Shown: one piece after another, positions 1-18,926 of the stretch
Layout: the number at the start of each line of letters is the position of its first letter
Position numbering within the stretch: position 1 is the first letter of the stretch
Origin: Amoebidium appalachense
Lineage: Eukaryota; Protista; Ichthyosporea
NCBI GenBank assembly: GCA_963693365.1
Contig: CAVNZM010000010.1
Span: forward strand, 9,134,554 to 9,198,553
Reading direction: 5' to 3'
Length of the DNA: 64,000 nt
Notes under the pieces: generated by a model
Databases searched by the model: none
Told to the model about the DNA's origin: nothing
What the model saw: the letters and a program-made list of their open reading frames with translations, nothing else
Made by a program: the position numbers and the translations under genes

Positions 1-635
1 CACCGCAAAAAGAAGTGAGCTTTTCGAAGCTAGGACTAGTGCAGAACAATGCTTCCCCTATACTTATAACTATAAACCGAAACCGGACCTCTGTTCAAAC
101 CTAAAACAAAAACACGTCTACATACACTCAAGGCCCTGTACATGTGCGTTTTGTGAAGGGAGTTGGGCACGGCCCTCTGAAAAAAAGAGGGCCGTGGTTG
201 GGTCGTGATTACGTAAGCGGGCGTCATATCACGCAGAATGCATTGCCGGTTACAAAGGCATGTCATATCGAAAGCGGCAACAAAAATCTGGGTTGTAGTC
301 TGGATTGGCTTATGGTTTACGCAAACTTTTGAGCGGGCATTTTCACTTCAAAACGACACAGACAAAATGAAGCCAAACCTTCGTGTGGGCACTGGGGATG
401 TTAGCGAGCGCTGTAGCTAGGCACATCGTAGGGAGCTTGTACCGGGAAATTCAAGGGTACAGGCAGCGTAAGAGACAAAAATAGCGTAGTCATATTGCGG
501 TCTGCTCACTTAGCATGGTATCTTTGGCTTGATCTTAGCAGTTAAGGTTTAAAGGAGGTTTACGTTTTGTGCAAGGAGGCTAGCTGTTTACAGCCCATAC
601 TCCTGTCTGCACGGCTGCTGCCGTCTGTCGCCGCC

Positions 636-5382
<4,747 letters not shown>

Positions 5383-5403
5383 TGCATGTGTGTGTGTGTG
5401 TGT

Positions 5404-5437
<34 letters not shown>

Positions 5438-5909
5438 TGTGTTTGTGTGTGTGCATGTGTTTATGAGGTTTGTGTGCGCGCTTTCATGTGTATGCATAAT
5501 ATGCTCATTCATTCTTTTCTCGGTGTTGTGTCCTGTGAATGTGTGTTTTTCCAACCAAGTGCACAATTTCAGTATGGATGCAGCAGTGCAAGACCCTTTG
5601 TTTCCAGCATGCAGCCAGGCCCCCACCCCGGTGGTGGGAGAGTGCCTAGTGAATGGCCAGCCCCCATAGGTTCACGAATGTACATAGCAGACAGCAAGAT
5701 GTACTTTTACAATAAATGGAAGTCCTGATCATGCGTCCAAATGCCTGCATGTGTGTGCGACTGCTGTGCATGTGGCTGGAGTAAACTTTGTGCTGTACAT
5801 GTGCCTCTGCCATGCCAATGTAGACTACATGGGTTGAAGAAAACCAAAACAGGGGGATGTGTGGTGGTGTGCCTGTGTGCGTGCGTGCGTGCGTGCGTGC
5901 GTGCGTGTG

Positions 5910-5985
<76 letters not shown>

Positions 5986-7646
5986 TGTATGTGTGTGTGT
6001 GTGGGGGGGGGGGGGGGGGGGGGGGGGTAACTGTGTGTTAAGATGGGGGGTGGTGGACAGGTGTTGGGGGGGGGGGGAGGGGGGGGGGGGGGGGGGGGTG
6101 GAGACAGGGGGGAAGGAATGGCGGTGCTCGAATTCATATGTATATACGCCTGGAAGGAGACGGGGAGGGGGGGGGAAGGGGGGGGAGGGGGTAGTTGACA
6201 TGGTGATAATGTACCTGACTGTGTGGGGGGGAGAGGGAGGGGCCTGAGAGGGGAGGCGCCGTACTACAGTACAGTCTTGACAGACACACATATATGAAAG
6301 CTAAAACACGTGGACTCTCACATACATGTACAGAACGACTTTGCAATCGATGTAGCTGATTTTTTGAACCCTGTATATATGCGCTATGCGAAAGATTTCA
6401 TCGAGTTTTAGCCCAGGGCACAGGCCTTGACATGTCGTGAGATTGCTTGCTACTGCAGCTAAAGCTAAAAATAAATCCATGTTCGTTGTGATGGCGGCAG
6501 CTGTGATAATCATTATCATTAGGATATTAACCAACAAAGAAACGGGCCGTTGCGTATACTGACATAACCCCTTAGCCACATGCTGGATTTATAAATATCA
6601 TAAGACATAGTCGGCGCCAGATCTAGACATGTCTAATGCAAGCCCTCCTCTGCACCAAAGAAATTAATGAATCACGGCTCAGCAATGGCTTCATATCCCT
6701 TCCTCGTGTGTGCCGTGGCCACATAGACCATCCCCCCAAACACCAGCAAACCCCCTAACCCTGCCCCATGGCCCAACCCCAGCTCTGTCCTGCCTCCGAG
6801 TCTACCTTATGTCCACCACCCCTGTGATGTTTTCACTTTGTTTGTGTGTGTGTTGTGCTACCTCATCTTGGGGTGTGGCTGTACCAGGGCGTACAATCTC
6901 CAGTGTGATATTACTCACCCGCTCATACACTTCCCGCATTGCTCCTGCGTCCCCAGCCGGCCCAAGGTCAATGTGTATATCCCCAGGCAGCCGATAGAAC
7001 TCCCTGGGTAGGGGGTTATCCCCCATGCCCCTACCCCCCTGAAGTAAGCCTCATGCCATGTGAACCAATATATCCCCTGCGATGCCAGGGCCAAACTGCC
7101 TAAGTGCTCCAACACACTGTAGCTGCCTGTGGCTATGGCCCCAGCCACAGCCCCAAACAGTGCGGCGCCAAAAGTCCTTTGGTCTCGCTCCACATTGCCC
7201 CTGTGAATGCGGCATAGTTGAGTGGCTGTTTATGTATGCCACCATAGGTGATGATAGTGGCCTCTTATTATGTAGCCACATGGTGGTAGTGAGCAGGCTT
7301 CAGCTGCTGCCACAGTGGCCATCACTGAGAATGCGGACATCGGGGTAGTGGAAGGCGTGGCCTTGTGGTGTACGTTTTGTCTTGTTGACCTGAAGGGGCA
7401 TTGTGTGAGTGTGCGTGAGAGCAATCCCATGCATCCCCCCCCCCTCCCCCTCCCCCTCCCCCCAGTGAATGGCCAAGGGTTATGTGTTATTCCTCCGGTC
7501 GAGCCTACCCCCCCCCCCCCCCCCCCCCAACCACCCAACAGCCTATGCCACTTCCTCTAAACAAATGTGCTGGCAACTGCAATCTACCGACCTATCACAC
7601 GTACCACACCGTTTTCCACCAACCCGCCCGCCGGCATTGGGCTACG

Positions 7647-7689
<43 letters not shown>

Positions 7690-8687
7690 ACCCACCCACA
7701 TGCACTGCCTGCCCACACGTCATTTCACTCATCGACCCACCCACCCACAAAAACCACCCACCCACAAAAACCACCCACCTACAAAAACCATCCATCTACA
7801 AAAACCATCCATCTACAAAAACCACCCACCCACCCACCCACCCACTAATGCACCATCCACCCACCCACCCACTCACCCATCCACCTACCCACTAATGCAC
7901 CACCCACCCATCCACTCAACGACCACTGCCCCCACACGCTTCATGCATCTGCCTATATATGGACAGCCTAATCACTAAAATCTACCCTCCCCTCCCCCCT
8001 CCCCTCCCGCCCCCCTTCTTTCCTCCCCAATTCGATCAACACATCCACCCCCCCACCCACACAACCACCAAATCAGCCCATCCACATCCCCATCTTCTCC
8101 CCAGTCACCATATCCCTACACCGGTTCATCGATCCCACCTCCAACTATGAACTCAACCGCCAACCACCCGTACCTACACACTCATCTAGACGGACATCCA
8201 CCCATCTTCACATGCCCACCCCCCCCCCCCCCCCCCCCCCCAACACACACACACACCTCCTTCCCCCAACCCCCCTCCGTCCACCACTAATCCTATACAC
8301 TCTCCCATCCCCCCCCCCCCCCTTCCCCCCCCCCCCCAGAAAAAAAAAAAAAAACCAGCGACAAAAAAACACGCATACGCACCTGCCAGCAGCCATCCTC
8401 ATTGTGCATGGGTATGGCTGTGTGCCGTCCCTTCACCCCCCCTCTGTAGTGCACCACGTCAGGGTCCTCCCTCTCTGCCCAGTCAGGGTGACCGAACACC
8501 CCCTCCGCATGGGGGGCATACTGCTCCCGCTCTTTGCGCAAGAGCATGTCACGTGACACTTGACCCTCTTCAGCCAATCACAGGCCGGGCCTTTGCCATG
8601 CTCCCCATAGCAGGCCTTACGTAAGAGGGCCAGACCCTCCCGGTCCACATTGCTCAGCATCTGATTGGCCAGCGCATGGCCCCTAAG

Positions 8688-8915
8688 AGGGTGTCAGCGC
8701 CATTAGTACCAGGTAGCTTAGGGGTTTACGCTGTTTACTCGAGGCAAAGAGAACCAGTCTCAGGTATGGGGGGGGGGGTTTTGCTCGGAATATCCCCTCA
8801 GCGGTATATCATGATCACGTACATAGATGTCGGGTGGTGACTATATATCAGGGTTTACTTTCTCTACGAGACACCATAAAGACTACAAGGAGAAATCAAT
8901 TAGTTGGGGTTCCCC

Positions 8916-8968
<53 letters not shown>

Positions 8969-9000
8969 GGGCTCCCCTCGGGACACTCGGTATCAGCTGG

Positions 9001-9051
<51 letters not shown>

Positions 9052-10793
9052 TGTGTGTGTGTGCGCGTGCGCTATAATTTTGTAGTGATGTGTTTCTCAA
9101 GCCAATCAATACACCTAATAAACAGGTCGTAGTTACGCGTGTTTAGTATAAAATCAAGGATGTTGTAATTTACAGGTAGGCTATCTTTCTGGGTGTCTGT
9201 TGTGAATGTGACGTGTGTGTGTTGCGGTATTATGTGGTCTATCAAACTACATTTGGCGATACATGACCGGTTAAACTGGTGTGTGTGTGTGTTGTTTGGG
9301 CATGCAAATGATGCCACCTTATACTTATTAGATCTCCACTGTATAGCACGTGTACAGTAAAAGCGTGGTAATTGATCAATAATACCATCAGCTAGAGAAA
9401 GACCAGTTCTACAGGAAGGTAATATGTATTTAGGTGTTATACACTTGCGAGTGCCATATTTGGCAATATGGTTGAGGCGGTCAGTATATATAAAACGAGA
9501 CATAAGGCTTAGTTTTTCAAGGTGTATGCTTTCATCGGGTCTAGTGTCGTGTGGTATCTTTTTCCATTTGTTATATTGCGTGATTATCTTGTGATTGTGT
9601 ACATGTTTAATAAGTAAGTGGCAGTCCAAAGTCACACACACACTATTGCGGGGTTTATTTGTATTTGTGCCCAGGGGAGAAGGGGAGAGAGAGGGGAGGA
9701 AAGAGGGGAGAGGTGAGGAGGGGACAGGTCGGATAGAGAAGAGAGGGTGGGAGGGCAAATACTTCTTTAAGCGGCTTATGTGCTTATTGAATTTCAGCGC
9801 GAGATAGGATACTCTAGCAGCTATTGGGACCAGACCATATATCGAGAGCGTTACAGGCCCAGGTTCACAACAGTTGTTAGATAGAAAGGAGGCAACTTCT
9901 GCTTCAAGGAAATTTGCCAAGGGTTTAAGCGCTCTAGTTCTCTCTTTCTTGATCCAAGCGGCGAGAAGGGGTAAACCATATTCACATGCCGGGAAGACAA
10001 AAGTGCGAATAAATGTAAGTCTAATAGAAGGATGGAGGGGTGTGTCTTTAAAAATATTAGCCGAGAAGAAAGCTAACCGCTTACGAGCCAACTCTACCCT
10101 CTTTTCGACCATATGGGGAAACATAACACCAACAGAATCAACCGGAACACCAAGATATTTGTATTCTGGAACTATAGGTACAGGTTTAGATGATAATGTA
10201 AATGTGTGTAAATTGTTAGCTATATCAGGTACAAGAACACCACATTTGTCTATGTTAAGGATCATAAGGTTTGCCTTGCACCACTCTGACACTACATCGA
10301 ACAATCTTTGCAGGCGTCTAGGGGTACGGGCAAGGAGGGACAGATCATCAGCATAGAGAAGTGCAGGCGGAAAGTTATTAATAGGGTCATCGTTTTCGGC
10401 GTAAATCTTGACAGCCAAATCATCTATAAATAGGTTAAACAAAAAGGGGCTAAGCAATGAACCCTGCAAGAGACCTCTAGTACGAGCAAAACCATATGAA
10501 AGATGCCCATTAACCACAGCTCTACCATAGGTTTGAGACAAGAGTGCTTCTAACAGAACACCAATGCAGTGTGGTACACCCCGTGCAGCAAGCTTTTCCC
10601 ATAGGAGACCAGGGGAGACAGAATCGTAAGCAGTTTTCCAATCAATAAAGCCAACATATTGTGCACCAAATTGCATAGAATCGTGCAGTGCCATTATTTG
10701 AACATAACATGAATTGTTTTTACGAAAAGCGGATTGGCATGGGTGTATGTGAAGAATAGATTGAAACCTAGGGTGATGTGCAAATAACCTAAG
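8688..10793 (-). mobile_element. 5'-truncated non-LTR retrotransposon (LINE-like) inserted in an S41 exon
   Basis: RT ORF begins mid-domain (HPCQSAFRKNNS); lower GC than host exons; A-run on element strand at 8917-8964; candidate 6-bp TSD CCTAAG at 8682-8687 and 10788-10793, whose removal rejoins the host reading frame. Confidence 0.85.
9072..10694 (-). CDS. Non-LTR reverse transcriptase (partial ORF2, no endonuclease domain present)
   Basis: Motifs FIDWKTAYDSV, RGLLQGSLLSPFLFNLFIDDL, LLYADD and YKYLG; uninterrupted 540 aa; Cys/His-containing C-terminus. Confidence 0.93.
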   Translation of the reverse strand: MALHDSMQFGAQYVGFIDWKTAYDSVSPGLLWEKLAARGVPHCIGVLLEALLSQTYGRAVVNGHLSYGFARTRGLLQGSLLSPFLFNLFIDDLAVKIYAENDDPINNFPPALLYADDLSLLARTPRRLQRLFDVVSEWCKANLMILNIDKCGVLVPDIANNLHTFTLSSKPVPIVPEYKYLGVPVDSVGVMFPHMVEKRVELARKRLAFFSANIFKDTPLHPSIRLTFIRTFVFPACEYGLPLLAAWIKKERTRALKPLANFLEAEVASFLSNNCCEPGPVTLSIYGLVPIAARVSYLALKFNKHISRLKKYLPSHPLFSIRPVPSSPLPSFLPSLSPSPLGTNTNKPRNSVCVTLDCHLLIKHVHNHKIITQYNKWKKIPHDTRPDESIHLEKLSLMSRFIYTDRLNHIAKYGTRKCITPKYILPSCRTGLSLADGIIDQLPRFYCTRAIQWRSNKYKVASFACPNNTHTHQFNRSCIAKCSLIDHIIPQHTHVTFTTDTQKDSLPVNYNILDFILNTRNYDLFIRCIDWLEKHITTKL

Positions 10794-10899
10794 TAAGCAA
10801 GCTTCTTAGAGCATGGCTGAAGAAGGGAGAGATGAACCATATCCGTGGTTTGTGGTGAGCGTGCTTGCGACTACTGTGTGTTTTTGGTGTGTGTGTGTG

Positions 10900-10930
<31 letters not shown>

Positions 10931-11937
10931 AGAGGGGGGGGGGGGGGAGGGGGGATGGGGGAGGATAACAATTTCGTGTGTCTGTTTGAGGGACGACCTC
11001 CGGTCTTGAAGGCGGGGAGAAGGGGGTAAGGGGGGGGGGGAAGGGGGGCATGCTGGTTTTGTGTTTGGGGAGGGTAAACGTCGGGACCGTGAATTGATGT
11101 AAGAGTTGCTGACAAAACGGATAGGCTGGATGGAAAACAAACGAAAGAAGGGGGCCGGGGGGTGGGGAGGAGGAGGGGGGAGGAGGTTCGAGCAGAAAAT
11201 CGTAAGGGCCCCTTTAATGAAAGAGAGGTGGGCAGCAGGCAGGGTGAGGGAGTAGGAGTTGGTGTAGACTTGCAACATGTGTAAAGGGGTGCATGTCCAC
11301 GCGCTTGTGTATGTTTATGCATGCACGGGTAAGCAAGTGTGTGTATATGCATGCACACGTGAGAGAAAAGGCGGTGGGAAGGGAGGAGAGGGGGGGGGGG
11401 GGGGGGGGGGGGGGGCAGGCAGAGTGCAGGGATAGGAGGGCAAAATGCACGGGCAGGGCCATGCACCTGTAGTACGCATCGACCCGCATGTCCCAAAAGA
11501 AACTCTTTCTGAAGTCCACGGCTATGCACGGTGCATCCTCCCTCTCCCACCCAGCCACCAGCCACCGTGCTAGACTCACGACCGTCTCGACCTCACTCCC
11601 CCCATTATCTGTTGCATCAATAATCAGCCTCTTAAGGCCTAGTGCGTGCGATGTTTTGACCATCTGAGTCAAAAAGTCAAAGAGGGGGTCTGGGAGCAGA
11701 TCGAATGTGTGCAGTTTGAAGAGCATGGCCCCATCCAATTGGTTGGCGTGGAAGCAGAGTTCGCCCGATTGGTCGCAGTAGTCTGTGTACTAATCCGTGC
11801 CCGGGGCATACTGGCACCATGTGATACGGTTGGTGGCTGTGGGGTGTGGGGGTGGTGGATGGGTTCGGTGTGTGTTGTGGGTAGGGAGAAAAGGGGGAGG
11901 GGGTCGGGCAGGTGGGTGGGTAGGTGGAGGCGCCGGG

Positions 11938-11975
<38 letters not shown>

Positions 11976-12281
11976 ACAAGGGATGGGGAAGAAAGAGGTG
12001 CAGGGGGGCTATGAGAGGGGGGAGGGGGGGGAGGGGGGGTGGGTAAGGGGAAAGTGAGAGAGTGCGAGACACACTGGGTGGAGAGGAAGGGAAACCGGGA
12101 TCTGGGGGGGGGGAGAGGGGGGGGAGGGGGGGGGGGGGGGGGGGGGAGGGGGGGGTCCTTAGTCTGGGCAATTCTCTATTCGGGTGCATACATGTATATG
12201 CGGGGCATTGAGGGAAGGAATTGTGTGGGGTAGATGTTTGTGTTTTTGTGTGTGTGTGTGTGTCGCGCGCGCGCGGGCGCC

Positions 12282-12389
<108 letters not shown>

Positions 12390-12885
12390 GATGGGGGGGG
12401 GGGGGGGAGGGGAAAAGGCACAAGGTAACTTTGCATGCATGCCTGGTCTATTGGTGGTTTTGACTGGCTGTGTGGGTGTGGGTGGGAGGGTGTTGGGAGG
12501 GTTGGGAGGGTGGGTGTGTAGGTTGGTGGGTGGGTAGGTAGGTGTGGATGGGGGGAGATTTCTGTGTAATGAGGGTGCATATGTGGTGAGCCCAACCCAG
12601 CCAATTGTGACTGGTGCACTAGGAACCAAATGATGCACCTCCACAGCACAGCAGACAAGGGTGGACAAGTGCAGAATGCAGAGTCGGCTGGGAGGGAGGG
12701 GGGAGGGGTGGGGGGGTGGGGTGGGGGTGGGGGGGGGGGGGGGGGATGAATGGTAGGACTAGTAGAAGGGCAGGCAGGGAGGGGGGGGGGTATGGGGGGG
12801 GGGAGGTAAGCACAACTGTTGCATGGGTATTCATACCTTTTTCTTTCTCTTTTTCTTTTTTTGTTTTTTTCTTTTTTCTTTTTTT

Positions 12886-12934
<49 letters not shown>

Positions 12935-13382
12935 GTGAAACTGTTGCATGAGTACTAAGACTTTTTTTTTTTTTTTTTTTTTTTTGGGGGGGGGGGGGGG
13001 GTTCTGCACCTTGTCGTCTTCCTTCTTTGGGTACACGTGGCTCAGCAAGGCCTCTATATCCGCCATCACTATGTCCCTTTCGGGCGATATGATTGGGCGG
13101 TACAGCTTGTCCAATAGCACTCTGCCATTGCCCTCACCCCCACATACCGACCCACATAGGGATATGCCACGAGTGAGCTCCCATCATCAAACTCATTTGT
13201 GAACACGTTACTGGGTGGTGGTCCCAGATTGGTGTCAAAGTGGTCACTAGCAAGGTAGCCGTCAACACAGGCCCCGGGGTCCTTAATATAACTAATGCTG
13301 TAACTTAATCGCGTGTACTAGTTGCAGGCAGGGCCCCCATTCACACGCGCCATCTCCTTGACTATGTATGATGTGAGGTTAA

Positions 13383-13622
13383 AGCAACCACCGCTACTTC
13401 CATTTTAGCTGCTTGGCAGCGAGCCACATTGGTGACGTCATTCTGTGAACAAATTCCATGACGCCGTGTCACCCAAAAAAGGGCGCAAAAGGCTGAATTG
13501 TTTGTGGACATCGGTATTTGACACAATTTGATTGAATCTCTTGATTGGTGAGACGCATTTGAGAAATATGGCTCTCGGCTGGTCAGCGCCCAGACGCTAA
13601 AATGGGAGAAGCGGTGGTTGGT
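13383..13622. mobile_element. 240-bp MITE with TTAA target-site duplication (Kolobok/piggyBac-type TSD)
   Basis: Left end AGCAACCACCGCTACTTCCATTTTAGC versus reverse complement of right end ACCAACCACCGCTTCTCCCATTTTAGC; TTAA at 13379-13382 and 13623-13626. Excision restores S41 frame ...YGTPL/NLTSYIVKEMARVNG. Confidence 0.88.
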
Positions 13623-14164
13623 TTAAGGGGGGTCCCATACACCATTGCGTAAATGTCTTCACTGCGTGCCCCACCAATCCGGTTTGGTCCTGCAATGAAG
13701 AAATACTGCCGGTCCCCCTTGAGCGCAGACCCCAGGCGGAAAGTGGGGGCGTAGGTGAGGGTGCGAGCTAGGGGGCCAAGGTAGTTTGTGTGCGCATCGA
13801 GCAAGCGGTAGGTTAAGGCGGCCAGGTCAAAGTGCATCTGGGCGCCGTCTGTGTATTCCCTTTTTAGGATATGGTCGAACTCGCGGTCTAGATCAATCTG
13901 GAAGTGGAAGGTCTCGTAGGGCACGTGGTTGCTGTCGTGCACCCACGTGTCCCGCACGATGTCCTGCAGTGCGTCAGTGGATGCCCGATATGGTGATCTG
14001 ATAAGTTAGGCACACCACATGGCACAGCCCGCCTCCCTTCTCCTCAACCGCCAGCCAACCAGGCCTAGAATTCAATGAGTGATTTTTTTTTTGTTTTTTT
14101 TCATATCCCCCCCCCCCCCCCCCTCTCCCCCCCCCCCCCCCCCCCCCCCCCTCCTCCTCCCCCC

Positions 14165-14195
<31 letters not shown>

Positions 14196-14527
14196 ACAAA
14201 ACCCCTCCCTCGTGTGTTGCTTTTTTTTCTTTTGTAAAAAATTCTTTATGGGGCCTCGGGGAAAGAAAAGGGGGGAAGGAGGGGGGGGGGGGGGGGGGGG
14301 GGGCTGGGAGGGGGGCCCACCAGAATGGCGTAGATGGAGCAAGAGATGTGGAAAGTGTTTATGAAACACGTGTGTTTGTTTGTGATGGTGCCGTGGGAAG
14401 CTAAAAAGGAAAGGAAAAGGGGGGGGGGGGGGGGGGGGGGAGGGAAATCAATATTTTATTCGAGTTTTGTACATGTTGGGGGTGCGGTGGCGTGGAATGA
14501 GTGGGTGGGGGAGGGGGATATTCAGGG

Positions 14528-14605
<78 letters not shown>

Positions 14606-15499
14606 GTGTGAATTTTTTTTTTAGGGGGGGGGGGGGTGGGGGGGGGGTGGGGGGACTCTTCTGAAAGAAGAACAAACCTGCATCACTTAACGAGTTTTAA
14701 TAAGCAGAGGGAAATTAAATAAGTTCCATCAGCTACTGTGAAATCTTCTATGAGAAACATCAGCAACCTGGTGGGCGTGCAAGGCAGTAAAGGTAAATCA
14801 TATTTAGTGGGTGTTCAGTCACAACAGGCCCCCCTTAGGTTTTATTAGCTTGAATTTGTACAGACAGGCCCACGGTACTCTGGATGAAATACATAACATA
14901 ACCGGGTGGCGTTTTTCAGTGGTGATATATCTGTGTGTGGGCAGGAAAAAACAGAGAATTTAATTGCCTACTAGTATGGAGTGCATGCACACGTTTTTTT
15001 CCAGTCCCAATTAATGGAGCAACTCGAACAGTGTGAGAACCCTAAACACGAATTTCTTCACGTTCCCATATTCACGGTGTGCATTTTAAGCGTGCAATGT
15101 GCGTCCGTGATTGTTGAGCATACACATTTGTGCCACCAATGCTATGCACAAAGCCTTCGTGCGAGGCCACATGGGGCACGGGTACACAAACACGTGAAAA
15201 AAGTTCCAGTTAATTCGACCTAATGCACGTGCACGCACCTGGTAGGCAAAGAATGTCCTGTAAGCCGTGCTGGCTGCGCGTATGTTTCTACTCTTGATGC
15301 CCCTCTCTCTGTCGCCATAGAGCGGCGACTGCACACACGCCACCATCCCTTCGGTGCTGCTGACCCTCGTCTCCACCCCCTCGCTGTTAATGGCCACCTT
15401 GGGCAGTGAGTCGAAGCAGCACGCGTCATGGCTATCACACCCCCACACAGACACCGCAGCCAGCAGCGTGCTGGCGGCGAACACACTAGTCCTCTTCAT

Positions 15500-16034
15500 G
15501 TGGAGAATGTGTGTTCTTGGTGTGGATTTGGCGTGTTTGGTGCCACCCCACCCTTTCCTGTTCACAAACTCCGGTCATGTTTGTTTTGTTCTCTTTGTTT
15601 TGTTGTTTTCGGTGCGCAGCCAATCGGCAGGCAGATCTCCAGATCGAGATCTAATCGGCTGCCAGTGTGTGCCGTTTTCTCTCGGCACATGTGAAACATA
15701 TCACGTGTTTCAGCTGTACTTTCACACGTGTGTGCCCTCTGTACTGCATGTTCATAGGGAGTCAGCTAGCCCTACATACTTGACATGTGCGTCGTAGCAG
15801 CCACGTGTTTGTCAAACTTTGGCGCCAATCTAACACTCGGCGGAAACCAATCAGATCGCCCAGTCACAAAAATGGCGCGCAAATTTGTAATATCTGATCG
15901 GGATGGAAGAGTCGAGAACGGCCTCAGTCAAACAGTCAAGACAATTCTTCTGTGTTTCACAAAGGGTGTTCTCTTTTGCTTTTGTAAGCCTGTTTAGTAC
16001 ACGTATCATACACACAGAGCTATACACAGGCAAC
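15500..16034. promoter_or_regulatory. Putative bidirectional promoter between the S41 pseudogene and CCS
   Basis: Divergent ATGs at 15499 (-) and 16035 (+); region free of microsatellites, with CCAATC boxes near 15620, 15825 and 15847. Confidence 0.5.
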
Positions 16035-16605
16035 ATGGGTCAACCAGAGGCAGCGGCAGCAGCCACCAAGGTGTGTGGCTGTCTGTGTTTTGTGTGCGCT
16101 GGGAAATGATGTGGAAGGAGAATGGAAGACAGCCAAGTGCACACTAGGGATCTTGGCTTAGAGGTGTGGCCCTGACAGCGTGGGAGGCGCAGGTGGAGCT
16201 TGCGGTAGAGATGACCTGCCAGTCGTGTGTGGATGACATAAAGAAGACACTTTCTGCTCTGCCGGGTATGGTAGCCCATACATCCACAGCCTGCCAGCGC
16301 CCGCCCTTCCCCGCTCCCCCCCCCCCCCCCCCCCCCCCCCTCCTCCCCCCCTCCCCCCCTCCACCCCCTTCCCGCCCCCTCCCCCCCCCCCCCCCCCCAG
16401 CCCCCCTCCCCCCCCCCCCCCCCCCCGCACCCGCTCCCCGAACCCGACCTGCCCCGTCCTGGGCCCCCGCGTGGCGTGGGTCCCTTACATGCTTGGACCA
16501 ACCACACATCTTCCTCCCTCCCCCCCCCCCCCTCCCCCCCCCCCCCCACACACACACACATCCAACCACCCACCCGACCATCCCCTCTTGTTCCCCCTAC
16601 TTTAG

Positions 16606-16644
<39 letters not shown>

Positions 16645-17194
16645 GGGGCTCCTCCTCTCCCTTTCCACTTTGCTTCTTTCCCACTCCCCGCCCTTCCCCC
16701 CCCCTTCCCCCCTCTCCCCAACCAAAAAAAAAGGAAATAAAATAAGAATAGGGTAAACGAATCCTTGCCTGCGGCTCATCATCTTCATTCTATCTACTTT
16801 TGTAGCTGCTTGCCCTTGATGCATAAGGGTTGTGTGGTACTAGCCGTAAGGATCCAAAGTTCTTCCATAACACACTGGCCTACACGTGACACGGCCACAC
16901 TCCAACGTGAGGCTATTGCTCGTACTTTCTTTTCTCACCGGTCCTCCATTGATATATGCACACATGTGATGCACCCAATACTCTATTCTCGAAACATGGC
17001 CAAATTACATGTTTATCTTTCCCCGTCTCCTCCTTTCTATCTTCCGAACTCTGTTGTTGTTTTTTGCTCTTGCCCTCACCCCCCTTTCTACCCTCATCAC
17101 GCAAGCACACAGGAACCTTTGTATCCTTTACTCCCATTCCATTGTTTTCCTTTTTTGTGGATCTCTTTTTGCACATGCTAGGTGTTTGCTAGAT

Positions 17195-17241
<47 letters not shown>

Positions 17242-18045
17242 AAAAAGTGCCTTTTCTTCACCCCCTTCCTCCGGGCCTCAAGTCTGCCCTGCCTTTCTCA
17301 AGGTCAAGCCTGTTAGGCTAGAATGTTGCTCTAGATGTTGTAAATACTTAGACCCCCCCCACTCCCTTACCCTTTCTCCTTCCCCCAACACCTACCCCTC
17401 TTCCAGTCCCACTCTTTTCTGCCCTTCCTTGCTCGCGCCAACCTCGACCAACACCTCTGTAACCATCCCCCCCTCCCCCTCCCCCCCCCCCCCCCCCCCT
17501 TTCCCCCCCAACCCTCTCACCCCGTTCCCAGCCACCCTGCACACACACTATCACACACACCCTGGGAAGAGCTCCCACCCCTGTCCCAACGCACCCAACA
17601 CCGCTCATTTTCATCGCCACAGAGTAACTCCCTCTTACCCACCTTCCATCGCCATGTGGCTTTATCTACTCTTTCGTATTTCTTTGCAGCCCCCCTCCCT
17701 CCCCACCACCCCCGATCAAAAAATACCTCTTCCTCTGCCCCCCCCCCCCCCCCCCCCTCCGTTCCCCTTCCTATGCACATGTTGTTTCATCCTTCCCCTT
17801 AGCAGCAGGGCAGGGCATAGAGGGCACAGACTAAGTGGGTTTGTGCAGGGGTGGAGGCAGTGAGTGTGGACCTAGCCAGCCAGCAGGTTGTGGTCAGCAG
17901 CCATTTGCCCACAGCCGCAATCACGGACACACTGGCTGCTGGGGGGAGGAAGGTCATTGTCAGGGGCCAGGGCGCACAGCAGGGTATGTGCATGCTCACA
18001 CACACATTAGTGTGAAGAGTAGGCATATGCACACACACACGCACA

Positions 18046-18085
<40 letters not shown>

Positions 18086-18326
18086 ACACACAGACACACA
18101 CACACACGCGCGCACGCGCACACGCACACACACACACACACACATCAACGTGAACTGTCTGTACTTCACGTGCGCAAAATTCTGTGTCAAGGACACGCCT
18201 GTGTAGGCACACATTCATGTTCACGTGGATGGTATACTCTAGCACGGACACATTTATGTGAGGGGCTGCTTTGGTGTATGCAAGAATATCCTTCGAGCAC
18301 TGCTGCACCTGCACATCGACCTCTCA

Positions 18327-18360
<34 letters not shown>

Positions 18361-18895
18361 CCGCCCCCGGGCCCTCCACCCCTCCCCCCCCCTGGCCCCC
18401 CCCCCGGCTCCCATCCATCCACCCACCCACCGTTTCTCTCTTCATTAACATTGATCAGTCAATGACTCATACTGCATCCCCCCACCAACCACCACCACCA
18501 CCACCACCCACCCACTTTCTTTCTCCCTCCATCAGCCTGTATCCACTTCCCACCCTTCCTCATGCCTACTACACCTACCACTCCACCTCCAACTTGCCAT
18601 GTCACCATTTATGTTGCTGTGAATGTCTAGGCCTGCCCTGTGTGTGCATGGGATGGCACAATGACCCTCTTCTGGTACTGACCGATGCTTTGGGGCAGAC
18701 AACCTTGGTGCCGCCGTGTGCATCCTAGACACCGGGTCAGGGCCCAGGGGCCTGGTGCGGTTTGTGCAGGTCAGCGACAGCGAGTGTGTGGTTGATGGGA
18801 CCATCACAGGTAGATGCCCCTAGGCTCATTGACATGCAATTGAACCCCCCTCCCTCCCCCCCCCCCCCCCCCCCTCTCCCCGTCCCCCCCCCCTC

Positions 18896-18926
<31 letters not shown>

